DNA of 64,000 nt from an uncultured Caldithrix sp. (lineage in GTDB: Bacteria; Calditrichota; Calditrichia; RBG-13-44-9), in the NCBI GenBank assembly GCA_964461135.1, contig CAYWTB010000001.1, positions 8,082 through 72,081 on the forward strand, given 5' to 3'. The notes beneath the pieces are model-generated. The model made no database searches, was not told where the DNA came from, and saw nothing but the letters and a program-made list of their open reading frames with translations. The position numbers were made by a program, and so were the translations under genes. Shown here one piece after another: positions 60,830 through 64,000 of this stretch (the first letter of the stretch is position 1; the number at the start of each line of letters is the position of its first letter).

Positions 60830-61669
60830 TCAGATGGATTTTTTCTTTCCTGATTCCCGTAATTCTGCAAATTGATCAATAAAATCCAGTGCTCTTCCGA
60901 TGCCTTTGCCCAGCCAGGCACCTCCATCAATGGTCAGACATTCGCCGGTAATATAAGACGCGTAAGGAGATAAGAGGTAAATAACAGCATCCGTCACCTC
61001 ACTGGTAGTGGCAAAGCGCCCCATGGGAATTTCTTCTATAATTTTTTGGGCAATTTCGGTGGTGGGCCATAACCTTTGCCGGGCACCGGGTGTATCAAAA
61101 GGCCCTGGTGCAACTGCATTGATTCTGATACCATAGCGGGCCCATTCCACTGCCAGAGTTCTGGTCATAGCCAGGACACCCGCCTTGGCACTGGCACTGT
61201 GAATGGTACCCGGTCCACCCGTCCAGGCATAAGTGGCTAGAATATTCAAAATGTTTCCCCGTTTCTGCCTGATCATCTCCAGTCCGAAAATCTGGGAACA
61301 ATAGAAAGATCCATTCAACACAATATCTATTACCGATTTCCAGCCACGCAGGGGTAGTTTTTCTGCAGGATAGATAAAATTTCCGGCGGCATTATTTATC
61401 AGAATATCGATTTGACCGTACATCTCCAATATCTGTGCCTTCACACTTCTGATCTGATCGGGCTCCCGGATATCACAAGTCTTGCTGATGACATCAGGAG
61501 TAATCTGCCTGATTTCTTTCTCCCCCTCCTGCAGATGTTCTTGATTGCGGCTTATGATCGCAATTTTTGCTCCCAGGCCGGCCAACTTTTTTGCGATTTC
61601 CTTACCCAAACCGGTTCCACCACCGGTGATGACCGCCACCTTCTGTGAAAAAATTTTATTCTGAAACAT
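60830..61669 (-). CDS. SDR-family oxidoreductase (2,4-dienoyl-CoA reductase-like)
   Basis: VAVITGGGTGLGKEIA Rossmann motif. SDR core. 279 aa. Confidence 0.7.
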   Translation of the reverse strand: MFQNKIFSQKVAVITGGGTGLGKEIAKKLAGLGAKIAIISRNQEHLQEGEKEIRQITPDVISKTCDIREPDQIRSVKAQILEMYGQIDILINNAAGNFIYPAEKLPLRGWKSVIDIVLNGSFYCSQIFGLEMIRQKRGNILNILATYAWTGGPGTIHSASAKAGVLAMTRTLAVEWARYGIRINAVAPGPFDTPGARQRLWPTTEIAQKIIEEIPMGRFATTSEVTDAVIYLLSPYASYITGECLTIDGGAWLGKGIGRALDFIDQFAELRESGKKKSI

Positions 61670-62033
61670 AACCCCTCACCATAATTATTTTGTATATTGT
61701 TTAAAATGAATTATTGTCAAACTGAAGAGTTTTAATTATTAAAATTTATTGTATGATAATATCAATTTAAAAAATCAAATTTCAAAATATTACCCTAATC
61801 TGGCACAATTTTATTTACAAAATATACTTCAATATTTATGAAAAAAATCATTTAAGCACAGAAGAATGCTCAAAACATAAATAAAGTAAGTGTTTTTGAC
61901 ATTTTTAATTTTCAAAAATTCATTGACATTTCAAGCTTATTTTATTAAACTTTTCATTATCTTTACCTGATTTTACGCCATGTAAGTCTAAAAAAATTGG
62001 AAACTTACAAATATTAAATCATGCGGAGGCAAA

Positions 62034-63731
62034 ATGGCTGCTAAAGGTTCTAAAGGGTCTATTATTCTGGAGATCCTTATTATTCTGATGGCCTTATTGT
62101 TGGTAGCGGTGATTATTGTGCCCAATCAGATCTGGGAGAAGGAAAATCGGATTACATCTGGGTGCAGACACAACATGAATTCACTTTATGAAGCGGAACG
62201 ATTTTATTATCAGAAAAATAATATATATACAGATTCTCTCTCAAAAGTGTTAAACTTTATTCAAGCGGATTCGGGGCTCAATAGACTGCAGACTCTTGTT
62301 TCATTAACCAACAGTTTTACCAAAGTACTTAACAATATTCTGACCATCCCAAGTATTGAAAATATTTCCATAATTTCGCAGGCGTCATCGGAAATCAGGC
62401 AGGATCTGATCGGTAATGAAAGATATTTTCGTAAATACGCGGATATTGATTCCACCAGCAGTCAAATAGTGCGTGAAATATCCAGGCTGGATTCCAGCAG
62501 CATTCTTCCGAATTTCTCACGAGTCAAATTGTTTGTGGATTCCTTGAGAGATCTCAAAGAATCCGTAAGTGACCATTCGTTGCAGGTAGCCATTTTAAGA
62601 GCCATAAACTCGGTTGATTCATTATCACTTTACTATCCCAAAATTGAAAAAACCGCATTTAATGAATTCTGGCAGGGAGAAAATAACAAGATAAACAACT
62701 TCATCAGCAGAATCCGGACAACAGACATCAGTACCGTATCCACTGTACCGGAGCGGTTAAAAAAATTCATTGAACAAATTAATAACAACGAAAAGCTTCT
62801 GAATACGTCAAATGAGCAAAATGACAAGGAAAAACTGGATGTGGAACGGCAAAATCTGACTGAACTGCATCAGAAATTCCTTTCACCTGAATATTTCATG
62901 ATTACAAAACGGTACAGTCTAACCAAACTTAACGAGACCGATTCAATCTTAATTAATCTCTCCCAGGAAAACTTCACCTGCCCGGATGCCAAAACCATTT
63001 ATATGATTGACACCACCAACAACCGGTTGACGGTTGAATGTCCGAACTTACTGAATACCTTTCATGAATGGTTCATGAATGATGTAGAACCTATTCGGAA
63101 CAGGCCGGTATATGGTCAGATGGACAGCATCAACTCCATCATTCAGCAAACCAAGGCTGTTCTTGATCAAAACAGAGGATTGTTAAGGAGGTATACTGAA
63201 GTACTTTTAATGATTAAGGAGCTATCAGTTGAAATGGATCAGATGGATGATGTTACTTTTTACCGCTATGTCATTACCACCCAATCATTCATTCAGCTGG
63301 TGGAAAAAGATAAACGGTTATCCATTTTGAAATCGTCAATTGAAGACATGTTGAATCCACTGGACACTCTGGCTGCAAGGATCCAGCACAGAAACATCTC
63401 TGACCTGGAACAACAGCTGAATTATTTCAAGGGTAAACTTCAGGCTCTGGATTCCACTATTAACGATATGAGGTTACCGGCAAGTATCCGTAGACGGGTT
63501 GTGAGCAACGATGAGCCTTTCCAACCGGTTTTCGGTATTATGACCGAGATGAAGAACGGTTTCGATCCCGCCCATGGTGCAGTTTATGCACAGGTATCTG
63601 ACAAACTTGAGAAAGATCTGTTGCACGCCATGGAAGGAATAAGTGAATCGGTATATGTCATTTTTAAAGAAGTACACATAAATCACGGTTATATATTCAA
63701 TAGCGAAAAGAGCTGGGAACAAGAGCAATGA
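62034..63731 (+). CDS. Prepilin-type N-terminal cleavage/methylation domain protein with large C-terminal domain (565 aa)
   Basis: MAAKGSKG|SIILEILIILMALLLVAVIIV: basic leader ending in Gly, Glu at +5, about 20-residue hydrophobic helix. Confidence 0.55.
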   Translation: MAAKGSKGSIILEILIILMALLLVAVIIVPNQIWEKENRITSGCRHNMNSLYEAERFYYQKNNIYTDSLSKVLNFIQADSGLNRLQTLVSLTNSFTKVLNNILTIPSIENISIISQASSEIRQDLIGNERYFRKYADIDSTSSQIVREISRLDSSSILPNFSRVKLFVDSLRDLKESVSDHSLQVAILRAINSVDSLSLYYPKIEKTAFNEFWQGENNKINNFISRIRTTDISTVSTVPERLKKFIEQINNNEKLLNTSNEQNDKEKLDVERQNLTELHQKFLSPEYFMITKRYSLTKLNETDSILINLSQENFTCPDAKTIYMIDTTNNRLTVECPNLLNTFHEWFMNDVEPIRNRPVYGQMDSINSIIQQTKAVLDQNRGLLRRYTEVLLMIKELSVEMDQMDDVTFYRYVITTQSFIQLVEKDKRLSILKSSIEDMLNPLDTLAARIQHRNISDLEQQLNYFKGKLQALDSTINDMRLPASIRRRVVSNDEPFQPVFGIMTEMKNGFDPAHGAVYAQVSDKLEKDLLHAMEGISESVYVIFKEVHINHGYIFNSEKSWEQEQ

Positions 63732-63740
63732 GGTAAAACA

Positions 63741-64000
63741 GTGTCAGATATTGCCGCTATTTCTTTAAGAGAGGACTCCCTCCTGTGGGCGGAGATCTCA
63801 CACAGCAACCATATAATTCAGATTAAAAAGGCAGTGTTTGAAACACTGCCTGTATTTATAAATCACAAGACTATCCAGGAGAGAAGTACTCTCCCCACTC
63901 TGGTTTCTTTCCTGAAAGAGCTGGTAAAAAAAAACAACCTGACTACCGGTATAGTTCATCTAACTATACCCGGTCGCTTCGCCATTATTAAAAAAATTGC
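63741..64000 (+). CDS. PilM-like pilus assembly protein, N-terminal fragment (runs off the window)
   Basis: GTG start after TGAGGT. DIAAISLREDSLLWAEI and VHLTIPGRFAIIKKI resemble PilM N-terminal motifs. A weak call. Confidence 0.3.
   Translation, partial: MSDIAAISLREDSLLWAEISHSNHIIQIKKAVFETLPVFINHKTIQERSTLPTLVSFLKELVKKNNLTTGIVHLTIPGRFAIIKKI

Overview
This looks like a ~45-50% GC window from an anaerobic bacterium, probably an FCB-group or candidate-phylum fermenter: it has T9SS-type C-terminal sorting signals, a GGGPS/PcrB homolog, ferredoxin-dependent metabolism and selenoproteins. Positions 1-14714 form one long minus-strand supercluster. It encodes a four-subunit 2-oxoacid:ferredoxin oxidoreductase (delta-alpha-beta-gamma) and a 1024-aa tandem-domain HdrA with an in-frame UGA (selenocysteine) at the conserved CxxC position. 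MvhD follows, then a fused HdrCB-type (HdrD-like) CCG protein, a 3-hydroxyacyl-CoA dehydrogenase and two thiolases. Next come an archaeal-type HMG-CoA synthase plus its DUF35 scaffold partner, a TPR protein and a second Sec-containing HdrA that runs off the window edge. Positions 15177-26655 hold a GC-richer copper/silver resistance block: YceI, di-heme cytochrome c peroxidase, a His-rich CPH-type CopB ATPase, an RseC-like protein and CusA-CusB-CusC. Further along there is a TPP riboswitch with its terminator upstream of a PurM-like/TenA/ThiE/ThiL/ThiD operon, followed by TatA. Carbohydrate genes follow, with a GGGPS/PcrB-type prenylglyceryl-phosphate synthase inserted between gmhB and gmhA, and then a low-GC glycosyltransferase/FkbM/Wzx polysaccharide cluster. 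The last section carries a lipoprotein serine protease, an ADP-forming acyl-CoA synthetase joined to an M23-peptidase / large-lipoprotein / FadL-PorV-like outer-membrane trio, two aminotransferases (including IlvE) and an SDR. The window ends with a 565-aa prepilin-like protein followed by a PilM-like fragment. I saw no rRNA, tRNA, CRISPR or obvious transposase or integrase.
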